From contig JBDRCO010000134.1 of assembly GCA_043821645.1 (NCBI GenBank), positions 32,001-96,000 on the forward strand: 64,000 nucleotides of DNA, given 5' to 3'. Both the position numbers and the translations under genes were made by a program. The notes beneath the pieces are model-generated. The model ran no database searches. It was not told the DNA's origin and saw only the letters and a program-made list of their open reading frames with translations. This stretch comes from Pseudomonadota bacterium (GTDB taxonomy: Bacteria; Myxococcota; JACRCW01; JAFGSX01). How positions within the stretch are numbered: position 1 is the stretch's first letter; each line of letters opens with the position of its first letter. Below, piece by piece: positions 10,184-20,600 of this stretch.

Positions 10184-10284
10184 GTCCGGCTCCGTGTAGC
10201 CTCTGCGGGCTGGATGCGGTGAAGGGACGCGGCCCCGCTCGCAGCCGTTCTTTTCCCGGATGCCACCTTTCCAGGAACCCTTGC

Positions 10285-10833
10285 TCAGGTCAGCTTGCGG
10301 GCGTCGGCGAGCAACTGCTTGATGGACGACAGCTTGTTGGTGAGCTGAAACAGCCTGGCCTCTCCGCCACCAAGCTGCGCGGCGTTGGTGAACTCCGTCA
10401 AGGCCTTCTGAACCTTTTTGTCCCACGCGGCCAGGTCCTTGGCCTCGTCGGCGACGCGCTGCATCAGGCGTGTGTGGCCGCGCTCAACCTCGTCGATGAC
10501 AGCGCGATCCAGGCGTCGCTTGATCTCGACCACGTCAAAGATCTTCTTGAACAGCGCATTGGCGTCGGCCATGTCCTCGGGCTTGACCTCGGGCTCGGGC
10601 GCCTTGGGCTTCTTGACCTCTGCCGCCTCCCCGTCGGCCTTGGCCACTTTTTTGGGAGCGGCCTTGGTCTCACCCTTGGGCGCGGCGGGCTCCGTCTTCT
10701 CCGCGGCGGCCTTTGCTTCATCTTCTGTCTTGGCCGGCTCCACCTTTTCTTCGGCAGTCCTGGCTCCAGCGGGGCTGTCCTGGTCCGTTCCTGCGGTCGC
10801 GCTCACTGCCTTGGGTTCGGTCTCGTTGCTCAT
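10285..10833 (-). CDS. Hypothetical protein, A/K/E/P-rich disordered N-terminus with helical C-terminal domain
   Basis: Codon usage looks coding, AAGGAG RBS precedes MSNETE, and it fills the gap between neighbours. Confidence 0.65.
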   Translation of the reverse strand: MSNETEPKAVSATAGTDQDSPAGARTAEEKVEPAKTEDEAKAAAEKTEPAAPKGETKAAPKKVAKADGEAAEVKKPKAPEPEVKPEDMADANALFKKIFDVVEIKRRLDRAVIDEVERGHTRLMQRVADEAKDLAAWDKKVQKALTEFTNAAQLGGGEARLFQLTNKLSSIKQLLADARKLT

Positions 10834-10999
10834 GGACAGCTCCTTGCCAGGTTTGCCCGTTGTTCTTGCCGTGAAGCGCACACGCTGGCAAGTGTGGTGC
10901 TCGGCGATCGCCCTGTGCTTGACACGGCGACCGGCGCGGGTAGGTTACACGCGCTCCAGTGTGAATTGCACGCAAGGACCCCAACGCCACGGCGAGAAC

Positions 11000-13930
11000 A
11001 TGCCACGTTTCCTCACGATCTTGCTCGCGCTGCTGCTCGCGATCCCGGTCTGGGCCCAGCTCGAACCGCAACCGGGAGAGCGCGAGCTGCAGCAGATCCA
11101 GACGGCCCCCAAGCTGGTCGCGGCGCCCACCGTGGTCAAGGAGGTCCAGCCTGAATTTCCCGAGGAGGAGAAGCAGGCCGGCCGCAGCGGTGCCGTGGTG
11201 CTGCGCCTCACCGTCGACGACAGGGGCTTGGTGGACAGGGTGGAGGTGCTCGAGAGCGCAGGACCCTTCTTTGACTGGTCCGCCTTGGGCGCGGGCACAC
11301 AGCTCATCCTGAGTCCGGCGCTGTTCGTCCTGCAACCGATCGAGGGCGACACCTGGCCCCTGTGCGAGGAACTCGACGACGAGCAACTGGACCAGGGCGC
11401 GAAGTGCGCCGAGAGCTTCAGCGCCCCGGTGCAGCTCGACTACCGCATGAACTTCGAGCTGATGGCGCCGCCGGAGCCACCGCCCGAGCGGCCCAAGCCA
11501 CAGACCGGCCGCATCGTGGGTATCGTGCGCGAAGCGGGCAGCAAGCGCCCCCTCGAAGGTGTCGAGGTGGTCATCGACGTGCAGGGGACCGTGGACGAGG
11601 CCTTCACGCCGGAGGACCTGGCCGCCCTGAGCGCCCTCACCGACAAGGACGGCGTGTTTCGCATCGAGGATGTGCCCGTGGGCACGCACAAGGTGCGCCT
11701 GGCCCTGTCCAGCTACGAGCCCGCCGACGAAGAGGAGACCTTCTCCGGTGACGTCGAGAACCAGGTCATCTACTACCTGGTGGCGCGCTCCTACAGCAAG
11801 TTCACCACGGTGGTCAGGGTCAAGCGGCCCGCCAAGGAAGTGACCAAGGTCGCCCTGCAGCGCGAGGAGGTGACCAAGGTGCCGGGCACCTTCGGCGATC
11901 CTTTGCGCGTCATCGAGAACCTTCCCGGGCTGGCGCGCTCGGGCGTCATCGGTGGCGCATTGCTGGTGCGCGGCGCCAATGCCGAGGACTCCGCCGTCTA
12001 CTTCGACTCGGTCGAGATCCCGGTGCTGTACCACTTCGGCGGGCTGACCTCGGTCATCAACGCCGAGTTCCTCGAGGACATCAACTTCTACCCGGGTGGC
12101 TTTGGCGCCCGCTATGGACGTGCCACCGCCGGCATCGTCGACGTGGACAGCCGCGAGCTTGGCATGGAGACCTTTCGCGGCACCGGTGAGGTGGACCTGC
12201 TGGACTCGGGCTTCTTCTTTGCCGGGCCCATCGACATCGGGGCCGTCGTCGGCATGGAGCCGGCACCGCCCGGACCCTCGCCGCAGAAGATCACCTTCGC
12301 CGCCGCGGCGCGCCGCAGCTACATCGACGCCCTGCTGCCCTTCGTCATCGAGACCGTCCTGCCCCAGGACCAGGCCGTGCTCACGGCCTCGCCCATCTAC
12401 TGGGACTACCAGACCAAGGTCGAGTACCGACCCCACGTGGATCACCGGGCCTCGATCATGGCCTTCGGCTCGGACGACAACCTCAAGATCATCGCCCGCG
12501 GAGGCGCCGAGGACGCGGCCCAGGCCTTCAACCTGGCCTTGCACAACCAGTTCCACCGGCTGGTGGGCCGCTACGACGTGCAGCTGGGGCCACGCCTCAA
12601 GAACCAGCTGATCATGTCGGGTGGCTACACCGGCGTCGAGATCGGCGCTGACGCCAACGCGGCGCTGGCCGCCGGCGGCGTCATCGACGTGTGGTCCGCG
12701 GCGCTGCGCGACGAGCTGACCTACAACCCGCTGCAGGGCGTCGAGCTGGTGGCGGGCCTGGACATGGGCTACGGCGCCTACGCGATCAACTTCAACATCC
12801 CCTTCTCGCCCACGGTCAACACCTACCCGCGCCTGCTGCCCAACCTCCAGGGCAGCACCAGCATCACCGAGGAGGGTTCGCAGACTCTGCCCGGCTGGTA
12901 TGTGGAGGCCAGGCTCGGGCCGCTGGCGGGTCTGACCCTGATCCCGGGCTACCGCTTCGACATGTACCTGTTCAACGACCAGCAGCGCTTCTCCACCGAG
13001 CCGCGCCTGACCGCGCGCTGGCAGGTGGCCAAGGACACCACGCTCAAGGCCGCCTTCGGCGTGTACGAGCAGCTGCCGCAGCCCTTCCAGTTGGGCGAAG
13101 ACTACGGCAACCCCTTGCTCACGCTGCCGCGCGCCCTGCATTACATCGTGGGCTACGAGCACAAGCTGACCGAGGCCCTCAACATCTCGCTCGAGCTGTA
13201 TTTCAACGATCGCGACCGGCAGGTGACCTCGTCGGACAAGATCACGGTGACCGGCGATGGCGGCATCGACCTCGAGTTCTACAACAACAAGGGCATCGGC
13301 CGCTCTTACGGCGCCGAGGTGCTGTTGCGCCACGAGCTGAGCCGCGACTTCTACGGCTGGGTCGCCTACACCCTGGCGCGCTCCGAGGAGCGCGACCTCA
13401 ACGTGGCGCAGGCGGCGGACGGCAGCTACGAGATCGACAAGATCGCGCCCTGGATCATCACCGGCACCGACCAGACCCACATCCTGACCGTGGTCGGCCA
13501 GTACCGGCCCACCATCCCCGACGTGCCGAGCTGGGCCTTCGGCCTGGGTGGCGGCACCTCGCCCGACTGGCTGCGCGACGCCTGGCGCGTGGTGGCCAAG
13601 GACTGGTCAGTGGGCGGGCGCTTCCGCCTGGTCACCGGTGACCCCATGACCCCGGTGCGCTTTGCCCAGCACGACCTGGACCAGGACGGCTGGGACGCGG
13701 TGCGCGGGGCCGCGCGCTCGGATCGCATGCCAACCTTCAACCAGCTGGACGTGCGCTTGGACCGCAAGGTGGTCTTTGACAACTTCGTGCTCAACTTCTA
13801 CCTGGACCTGCTCAACGCCTACAACATGGCCAACGTCGAGAGCATCATCAGCGACTACCGCTACCGCAAGCAGGTCCCACTGACGGGCCTGCCCATCATC
13901 CCCGTCGTGGGCGTGCAGGGGGAGTTCTGA
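11000..13930 (+). CDS. TonB-dependent receptor fused to N-terminal TonB-C and carboxypeptidase-regulatory-like domains (myxobacterial type)
   Basis: Signal peptide MPRFLTILLALLLAIPVWA and TonB-C (PEFPEE...GAVVLRLTVDDRG). Plug motifs PGTFGDPLRVIENLPG, IPVLYHFGG and YPGGFGARYG. C-terminal Phe (VGVQGEF). Confidence 0.9.
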   Translation: MPRFLTILLALLLAIPVWAQLEPQPGERELQQIQTAPKLVAAPTVVKEVQPEFPEEEKQAGRSGAVVLRLTVDDRGLVDRVEVLESAGPFFDWSALGAGTQLILSPALFVLQPIEGDTWPLCEELDDEQLDQGAKCAESFSAPVQLDYRMNFELMAPPEPPPERPKPQTGRIVGIVREAGSKRPLEGVEVVIDVQGTVDEAFTPEDLAALSALTDKDGVFRIEDVPVGTHKVRLALSSYEPADEEETFSGDVENQVIYYLVARSYSKFTTVVRVKRPAKEVTKVALQREEVTKVPGTFGDPLRVIENLPGLARSGVIGGALLVRGANAEDSAVYFDSVEIPVLYHFGGLTSVINAEFLEDINFYPGGFGARYGRATAGIVDVDSRELGMETFRGTGEVDLLDSGFFFAGPIDIGAVVGMEPAPPGPSPQKITFAAAARRSYIDALLPFVIETVLPQDQAVLTASPIYWDYQTKVEYRPHVDHRASIMAFGSDDNLKIIARGGAEDAAQAFNLALHNQFHRLVGRYDVQLGPRLKNQLIMSGGYTGVEIGADANAALAAGGVIDVWSAALRDELTYNPLQGVELVAGLDMGYGAYAINFNIPFSPTVNTYPRLLPNLQGSTSITEEGSQTLPGWYVEARLGPLAGLTLIPGYRFDMYLFNDQQRFSTEPRLTARWQVAKDTTLKAAFGVYEQLPQPFQLGEDYGNPLLTLPRALHYIVGYEHKLTEALNISLELYFNDRDRQVTSSDKITVTGDGGIDLEFYNNKGIGRSYGAEVLLRHELSRDFYGWVAYTLARSEERDLNVAQAADGSYEIDKIAPWIITGTDQTHILTVVGQYRPTIPDVPSWAFGLGGGTSPDWLRDAWRVVAKDWSVGGRFRLVTGDPMTPVRFAQHDLDQDGWDAVRGAARSDRMPTFNQLDVRLDRKVVFDNFVLNFYLDLLNAYNMANVESIISDYRYRKQVPLTGLPIIPVVGVQGEF

Positions 13931-15099
13931 TGCGTACCACCCTTCTCCCGCTGCTGCTCGTGGTCAGCGCGGCCGCTGGCTGCATCGACCTGGACACCCA
14001 GTACGAACTCAAGGACTTGCGCATCCTGGCCATGCGGCTCGACCCGCCAGAGGTGCTGTACTCGCCCTTCCTGTCCCTGCCCGCAGATCAGCGCCCGCCC
14101 GCGGCGTTCCGGCCGCCGCCGCCCTTCCCACCGGCCGAGCAGGAGCTGACCGCCACGGTGCTGGCCGTGGACCCGCGCAGCGACGCGCCCGTCGAGTTCA
14201 CCAGCTTCGTCTGCCCGCTCGACAGCAACAACGACTGCCGCAACTACGTGGTGCCCGAGGATCTCGCCCGGACCGAGCGCGAGCCCGAGGCGCTGCAGCA
14301 AGCCCTGGCGCCGCTGGTGACCCGCCGCACGACGAGCGTGCCCACCACCGACGACGGCGGCACCCTGCAGGGCGAACTCGGGCGCTTCGCGTTCAGCGAG
14401 CGCGCCATCGAGTACATCCTGCCGCACGAGCCAAGCGGCGCGGCCTTCATCCTGCTGCAGCAGCTGGGGCGAATCGTGACCTACGCCGAGCGCGAGGGCA
14501 TCCGCGAGGTCGCGTTCCGGCGCATCCCCTTCGGTCCCTACCTCGACCTGAGCTTCCTGCCGCCCGACGTGCAGACTGCCTTCGAGGACTTCCTGGGCAT
14601 TGACGTGTGCACGGCGGAGCAGACCGCGGCCAGGGACCCGAGCTGCCTGTGGCAGGCCACGGCCAACCGCAACCCGGTCATCGAGGAGATGCGCATCTCG
14701 CGCGATACCACCATCAAACCCGTGTATGACGAGGCCGGGCTCGACAGCCGCGAGGTTGGCGAGGTCGTCAGCGGCCCCATCGCGCTGGCGCCGGGCGAGG
14801 AGATCCGGCTGTGGCCGGTGCTCGCCGCCGACGTGCGCGAGGCCTACCAGTCGCTCAACTTCGACCTCCAGACCTCGTCGCTGAACCTGCAGAACTACGT
14901 CGAGGACATGGCCATCAGCTGGTACGCGACGCGCGACTTCCCGGTGCCGCCCGTCACCGACCTCACCCTGTCCCTGGGTTACAGCGCGACCTACGTCTAC
15001 CCCGAGGTCGATCCCCCCGACGAGGTGCGCATCTATCTGGTCGTGCTCGACCAGCGCGGGGGGGTGGCCTGGCAGATGGTGGTGCTGACCCGGGGATGA
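13930..15099 (+). CDS. Lipoprotein partner of the TonB-dependent receptor
   Basis: TGATG overlap with the receptor gene, lipobox AAGC, LRILAMRLDPPE and C-terminal VVLDQRGGVAW motifs. Confidence 0.8.
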   Translation: MRTTLLPLLLVVSAAAGCIDLDTQYELKDLRILAMRLDPPEVLYSPFLSLPADQRPPAAFRPPPPFPPAEQELTATVLAVDPRSDAPVEFTSFVCPLDSNNDCRNYVVPEDLARTEREPEALQQALAPLVTRRTTSVPTTDDGGTLQGELGRFAFSERAIEYILPHEPSGAAFILLQQLGRIVTYAEREGIREVAFRRIPFGPYLDLSFLPPDVQTAFEDFLGIDVCTAEQTAARDPSCLWQATANRNPVIEEMRISRDTTIKPVYDEAGLDSREVGEVVSGPIALAPGEEIRLWPVLAADVREAYQSLNFDLQTSSLNLQNYVEDMAISWYATRDFPVPPVTDLTLSLGYSATYVYPEVDPPDEVRIYLVVLDQRGGVAWQMVVLTRG

Positions 15100-15190
15100 A
15101 TCCTGCCCGGGCTCTCCCCTGGGCCCTTGCGCTCGCCCCGGGCGACGATGATAGGGTCATGGCACCTCTCACGGCCTGGAGCGCCGCGCG

Positions 15191-15379
15191 ATGACCACGA
15201 CACCGCAGAACGTGCCTGTACTCGATACCGTGCCCGCGTGCCTCGCCGTCATCGAGGATCCAGCCCACGCGGAAGAACACGCGAGCGCGGTGGCTCAGGA
15301 CAGCGATCCCCTCGACGACCCTGCGCTGCACAGGCTGGCCAGCCTGACCCGGAACGAACTCAAGGCGCTGTTCAAGTAG
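15191..15379 (+). CDS. Small acidic hypothetical protein (62 aa)
   Basis: GGAG RBS upstream, co-directional with the TBDR operon, no recognisable motif. Confidence 0.4.
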   Translation: MTTTPQNVPVLDTVPACLAVIEDPAHAEEHASAVAQDSDPLDDPALHRLASLTRNELKALFK

Positions 15380-15562
15380 CCGAACACAGGTGCCGCTACC
15401 CTCCCATCGGGCACCGGGCTACAGCCCGGGAGGCGATCTGCGGACAGGTTGCGGGCGGGCAGGAATGGCGCTCAGCCCTCGGCGACCCCACCGCGCACCG
15501 AGACCAGCCCAGCCTCGATCCGGCGCAGCCTGAGGCGGGTCCCTGCCCGCACCGTTCGCCCC

Positions 15563-15593
15563 AAAAAAAACGCCAGGCGTGAAACCTGGCGTT
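15563..15593 (-). terminator. Rho-independent terminator of tRNA-Thr
   Basis: Minus strand AACGCCAGG-TTTCACG-CCTGGCGTT followed by a T run, just downstream of the tRNA CCA. Confidence 0.85.
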
Positions 15594-15599
15594 GTCCCG

Positions 15600-15675
15600 T
15601 GGAGCCGGCTGTCGGAATCGAACCGACCACCTGCTGATTACGAATCAGCTGCTCTACCGAATGAGCTAAGCCGGC
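15600..15675 (-). tRNA. tRNA-Thr (anticodon CGT), CCA encoded
   Basis: GCCGGCTTAGCTCATTCGGTAGAGCAGCTGATTCGTAATCAGCAGGTGGTCGGTTCGATTCCGACAGCCGGCTCCA forms a full cloverleaf with a TTCGA T-loop. Confidence 0.97.
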
Positions 15676-15784
15676 ACAGTAAATCGGCGGGCATACATAA
15701 AGGCGCACCCGGGCGATGTCAACGATCGTGCGTCCGGGGGTTCCTTGCTTGACCGCCCACCTGTGGCCCCAGGATGATCACGAC

Positions 15785-16576
15785 GTGAGGGACGAACTCC
15801 ATCTGCACTACGATTCCGCCGCCCAGGTCGCCGTGCGCTTGCCCGCGGCGGGCCTGGGGAACCGTGCCCTGGCCTACCTGGTCGACCTGGGCATCGTGGG
15901 CACGGTCTGGCTGGCGCTGGCCCTGGTGGTCACGGCCTTGAGCGACGGCTGGCTGGATCAGCTGCTGGGCCTCGGCGGCATGGGCCAGGCCGCGCTGGTT
16001 GTGGCCGCCCTGGCGCTCACCACGGGCTACGACATCGTCTTCGAGCTGCTGTGGGACGGTCAGACGCCAGGCAAGCGGCTGCTCGGGCTGCGCGTGCTCC
16101 GGCTTGACGGCGGGCGCGTGGGTCTTGCCGAGTCCGCTGCGCGCAACGTGCTGAGGCTGGTGGACCTGCTGCCCGCGGGCTACGGGGTGGGCATTCTCTG
16201 CATGGCCCTGAACCGTCAGCAGCGACGTCTCGGTGACCTGGTATCTGGCTGCACGGTCACCCGTGAACATGCCATTGACCTGGACGCCCTGAGCGGACCC
16301 TCGGCGGGCATGCAGGTACAGGTCGAAGCCGCCATGCTGCAGCGTGCGCGCCTGGTTCGCGTCGAGGTGGACGCGTTCACCCTGCTCGCAGATTTCCTGG
16401 CGCGGCGCGAGCTTCTGATCCCCGAGGCGCGGTTGCGCGTGTCTCGTGCGCTCGCCGCCAGCTTCCGTGTCGAGGTGCTGGGTGACGACGATGCACCAGG
16501 TGAACTTCCGGGGGCGCGGGCCGAACAGGTCGTGGCGGCGGTGCTGCAGGCGAGTCCAGGCAGGGATCCGTCGTGA
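15785..16576 (+). CDS. RDD family membrane protein
   Basis: AGLGNRALAYLVD, GQTPGKRLLGLRV and RRLGDLVSG motifs. Likely GTG start at 15785 (track start 15716). Confidence 0.88.
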   Translation: MRDELHLHYDSAAQVAVRLPAAGLGNRALAYLVDLGIVGTVWLALALVVTALSDGWLDQLLGLGGMGQAALVVAALALTTGYDIVFELLWDGQTPGKRLLGLRVLRLDGGRVGLAESAARNVLRLVDLLPAGYGVGILCMALNRQQRRLGDLVSGCTVTREHAIDLDALSGPSAGMQVQVEAAMLQRARLVRVEVDAFTLLADFLARRELLIPEARLRVSRALAASFRVEVLGDDDAPGELPGARAEQVVAAVLQASPGRDPS

Positions 16577-17580
16577 GCGAGCCCTTGCATCGCTATGTCA
16601 CGCGTCGGCGCAGCGAGTGGGATCAGCTCGAGCGGGTGCTCGACGGTGTGTCACGACGTCGAGGGCAGGTCGCCATCGCCGAGCTCCACCTGGCCCTGGC
16701 GCTGTCCCGGGCGGTCGCTGCCGACCTCGCGGTCTGCCAGCAGCGCTATCCCGGCAGCAGCGTCGAGAACCACGTGGCAGGCCTGGTGGCCGCAGCAGAT
16801 CGCATGTTGCAGGGGAGCACGCCGCACCGGCCCTGGAAGAACATCCTTGGCTTCGTGCGCAGCGTATGGCCTGCCCTGGTGTGGAAACACCGAGGCGTCG
16901 TCGGCCTGTCGGCCGCGGTGATCGTCAGCGGTGTGGTCCTCGGACTGCTGGTGACCTGGACCGACGTCAGCATGGGCGAAGCCCTGGCTGGTCCTGGCAT
17001 CGCCGCCAGCATCGAGCGCGGTGATGTGTGGACCGACCCCGTCGAGGAACAGGGTCAGCACGCCGCCATGTCCGCCTTCATCTTCACCAACAACATCCGG
17101 GTCAGCCTGGCCGCTTTTGCCCTGGGGCTCGCCTTCGGGTTGGGCGCGCTGCTGCTGCTGCTGTTCAACGGCCTGCACCTGGGTGCCGTGGTGGCCCTCA
17201 CCGGCCAGGATCCCGCAGTGCAGCGTGGTCTGCTCGACTTCATCGCGGCCCACGGTCCCGTCGAACTCAGTCTCATCGCCATTGCCGGCGGGGCCGGAAT
17301 GTGGCTCGGCAGCGCGCTCATCGACCCGGGACAGCGCCCTCGCAGTGAGGTTCTGCGTGAGCGAGGCCGCGAGGCGGTGCTGCTGGTGGTAGGTTGCGCA
17401 CCCTGGTTCGTGGCCATCGGTCTGGTCGAGGGCTTCGTGTCTCCGGGCCACCTGGTGCCTACTCCGCTCAAGGTGGCACTGGGACTGGGCGCGCTGGTGG
17501 CGCTGGGCTGGTGGATACGGTCCACAGGTCTTGCGGCGGCGGTGGACGACCCGGCTCGGGGTGCCCGCAACGAGTTGTGA
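16573..17580 (+). CDS. SpoIIM / DUF95 family membrane protein
   Basis: IFTNNIRV, LLFNG, HGPVELSLIAIAGGAG and GLVEGFVSP motifs. GTGA overlap with the RDD gene. Confidence 0.88.
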   Translation: MSEPLHRYVTRRRSEWDQLERVLDGVSRRRGQVAIAELHLALALSRAVAADLAVCQQRYPGSSVENHVAGLVAAADRMLQGSTPHRPWKNILGFVRSVWPALVWKHRGVVGLSAAVIVSGVVLGLLVTWTDVSMGEALAGPGIAASIERGDVWTDPVEEQGQHAAMSAFIFTNNIRVSLAAFALGLAFGLGALLLLLFNGLHLGAVVALTGQDPAVQRGLLDFIAAHGPVELSLIAIAGGAGMWLGSALIDPGQRPRSEVLRERGREAVLLVVGCAPWFVAIGLVEGFVSPGHLVPTPLKVALGLGALVALGWWIRSTGLAAAVDDPARGARNEL

Positions 17581-17692
17581 TCCCACCTTCGATTCAGTAT
17601 TAATGGGCGTCTAGCGAGGCTTCAGGCGCTGCGATGCCGGTCCGAGTTCGGCGTGCCTGGGTTCTGCGCGTCGACCATCCAAGGAGAGAAGC

Positions 17693-20600
17693 ATGTCATT
17701 CGGGAGCAGTGTGGTGCGTGCGTGGGTTCGCAAGGTCCACCTGATGATGCCGCTATGGGCCGTGCTGGGCATGGCACTCGCCTCACAGGCGCGGGCACAG
17801 GTCACGCTGATCCAGAATATCTCGCCCCAACCCAACGAGCTCGCCGTGAGCCCGAGCGCCGAGGTGCAGGTCACCTACAACAACAACATCGACTTCGGTA
17901 CCGTGAACGCCGCGACGGTATCGCTGTACGGACGTTATTCTGGAAGGCTGGCGGCGTCCTATGGCGGAACCGGACCCACGATCATCGTCACGCCCAACCT
18001 CAGCTTCTTCCCAGGCTCTCGCATCTCGGTCACCATCACGGATGGTATCAAGAACATCGGGGGCGATCCTGGGCGACCCTTCGCCTGGTCCTTCACCACC
18101 GACGTGCTCGGTGGCAATTCGCTCTACGACTCGGGGCAGACCCTGAGCAACCAGCTGAGCTACGCCGTGGCGCTCGGCGATCTCGATGCAGACGGCGACC
18201 TCGACGCCTTCGTGGCGCACAGCGGCACGGATCATGCGGTCTACCTCAACAACGGTTCCGGCGTGCTGACCGACAGCGGCTGGGTCCTGGCCAACACGGG
18301 CCTGGCGACGGGAGTCGCCCTGGGTGACATGGACGGCGACGGTCTGGTCGACGCCGTGGTCAGCGTGTCTGGCGCAGCCAATCAACTCTGGTTCGGCAGT
18401 GGATCAGGCTTCTCACTCTCCAGCTTCGGCTCCACTGAAAAGAGCACCGACGTGGCCCTGGCCGATCTGGACAACGACGGCGACCTGGACGCGTTCGTGA
18501 CCAACGACGAGCCCCTCCTCTATGGCGACAGGGTGTGGGTGAACGACGGAGCTGGAGTTCTCTCGCAGCAGACCTATGACCCGGCTCCTCTGGGTGGGCC
18601 GACCTACGCCATAGAACTCGGGAGCGGCAACGCGAATTACTGTTCGGACCCGCCAGGCGCGCTGCGTTCCGTGACGACTCCCTATAACCGCAGTGACGCC
18701 GTGGCGCTGGGGGACATCAACGGCGATGGCTGGATCGATGCAGTGGTGGCCGACCTCGGCCGCACGGCCACGGTCTGGCTCAACTATAGCGGCAAGATGT
18801 TCGGCGACTGCCCCTCGCCCCAGAATCCTTTTACGGCAAGCTTCCCGTCTTCACAGGGACAGGGCGTGGCGCTCGGCGACATCGACGGCGACGGCGACCT
18901 GGACCTCTTCATCGCCCGGGGCGGGCTGACCTCGCGTGCCAACATGCTGTGGCTCAACAACGGCAGCGGCACGTTCACCAACACGCTGCAGAACCTGGGC
19001 AGCAAGGACAGCTACGACGTCGAGCTGGCCGACATCGACGCCGACGGCGACCTGGATGCCGTGGTGGCCAACTCGGATTTCACCGCGACCAACAGCTCCA
19101 ACGATGTGTGGATCAACAATGGCTCCGGCAACTTTGGGTTGACGCCCCTGCAGACCATGATAGGCGCAGGCAAGAATTACGAGCAGACCTATGGGCTGGA
19201 TCTGGGTGACCTCGACAACGATGGCGATCTGGATGCTGTCTTCGCCAACATCGGAGTGTTCCCCTTCAACACCGACGGAGTCTGGCTCAACAACACCTCA
19301 CCTGTGGTGTCCGTGAACACCGGCGCCTCAGTTGATGAAGGTAGCACTGTCACCATTAGCACGGCTCGCCTGGCCTTTACCGACGTCGACGACGTCGACA
19401 CGGCCCTGACCTACACAATGACCGTCATCCCGGTCAACGGCACCCTCGAGCGCAGTGCTGTGAATCTCGGCGTGGGGTCGCAGTTCACCCAGGCCGACAT
19501 CAACAGCAATGTCGTGGTCTACCGCCACAACGGCAGCGAGACCACGGGCGACCTGTTCAAGTTCAGGGTGGCGGATCCCCGGGGAGCGCAGACCACCGAG
19601 AACACCTTCAATGTCACGGTCATCGCGGTCAACGACGTGCCTCAGGTGGGTGTCAACCAGGGCTTGACCGTGGCCGAGGGTGGCACGGCGACCATCACCA
19701 ACACGATGTTGCGCGCCACCGACGCGGATCACCCCGATCCGGCCGTGCTCACCTTCACCGTCACGGGTCCGCCTCCGCTGGGCGCCGTGCTGCGCCAGGG
19801 AAGTCCGACCACCACCTTCACCCAGGATGACATCAACAACAACCGGGTGAGCTATCGCCACGACGGTGGCGAGGCAGCATCGGATGCCTTCACCTTCACG
19901 GTGCGGGACAACGGGACGCCACCCGGGGTCACCGCGCCGCAGGTGTTCAACGTCACCGTGACGCCGGTCAACGATCCCCCGACCGTCGCCGTGAACAACG
20001 GCGCGACCGTCCTGGAAAACGCGACCGTGATCATCACCAGCGCCATGCTGCAGGCCGCCGATCCCGACAACACCGCCAACGAGCTGTCCTTCGTGGTGCA
20101 GCAGGTCCCGGTCAACGGCGATCTCTTCAATGGCTCGGACAAGCTCTCCCAGAGCGGCACCTTCACCCAGGCGGACGTCAACACCAACAAGATCACCTAC
20201 GTCCACAGCGGGAGCGAGACCCTCACGGACAGCTTCCGATTCACCATCCGCGACTTTGGCGGCCAGACAGCACCGGCCGAGACCTTTGCCATCGTGGTCA
20301 CGCCCGTGAACGACGCACCCGTGGTCACGGTCAATTCCGGACTCAGCGTGGCCGAAGGGGGGACGGCGACCATAGGTCAGTCGCGGTTGCTGACCACCGA
20401 CGTGGACATCCCCGCCCAGACCCTGACCTACACCATCACCCAGCTGCCGACCAACGGCACCCTGCGCATCGGTTCCACGGCGATCCTGCTCAACGGCACC
20501 TTCACCCAGGCCGAGATCAACGCCAACAGCTTCAACTACCAGCACAATGGCAGCGCCACGAGTTCGGACAGCTTCCGCTTCCGCGTTGCGGATAACGGAA

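Noticed and set aside
10418-10999. 194-aa N-terminal extension of the TonB receptor in the ORF track
   Set aside because: It overlaps a plausible minus-strand gene, and the signal peptide begins at ATG 11000.
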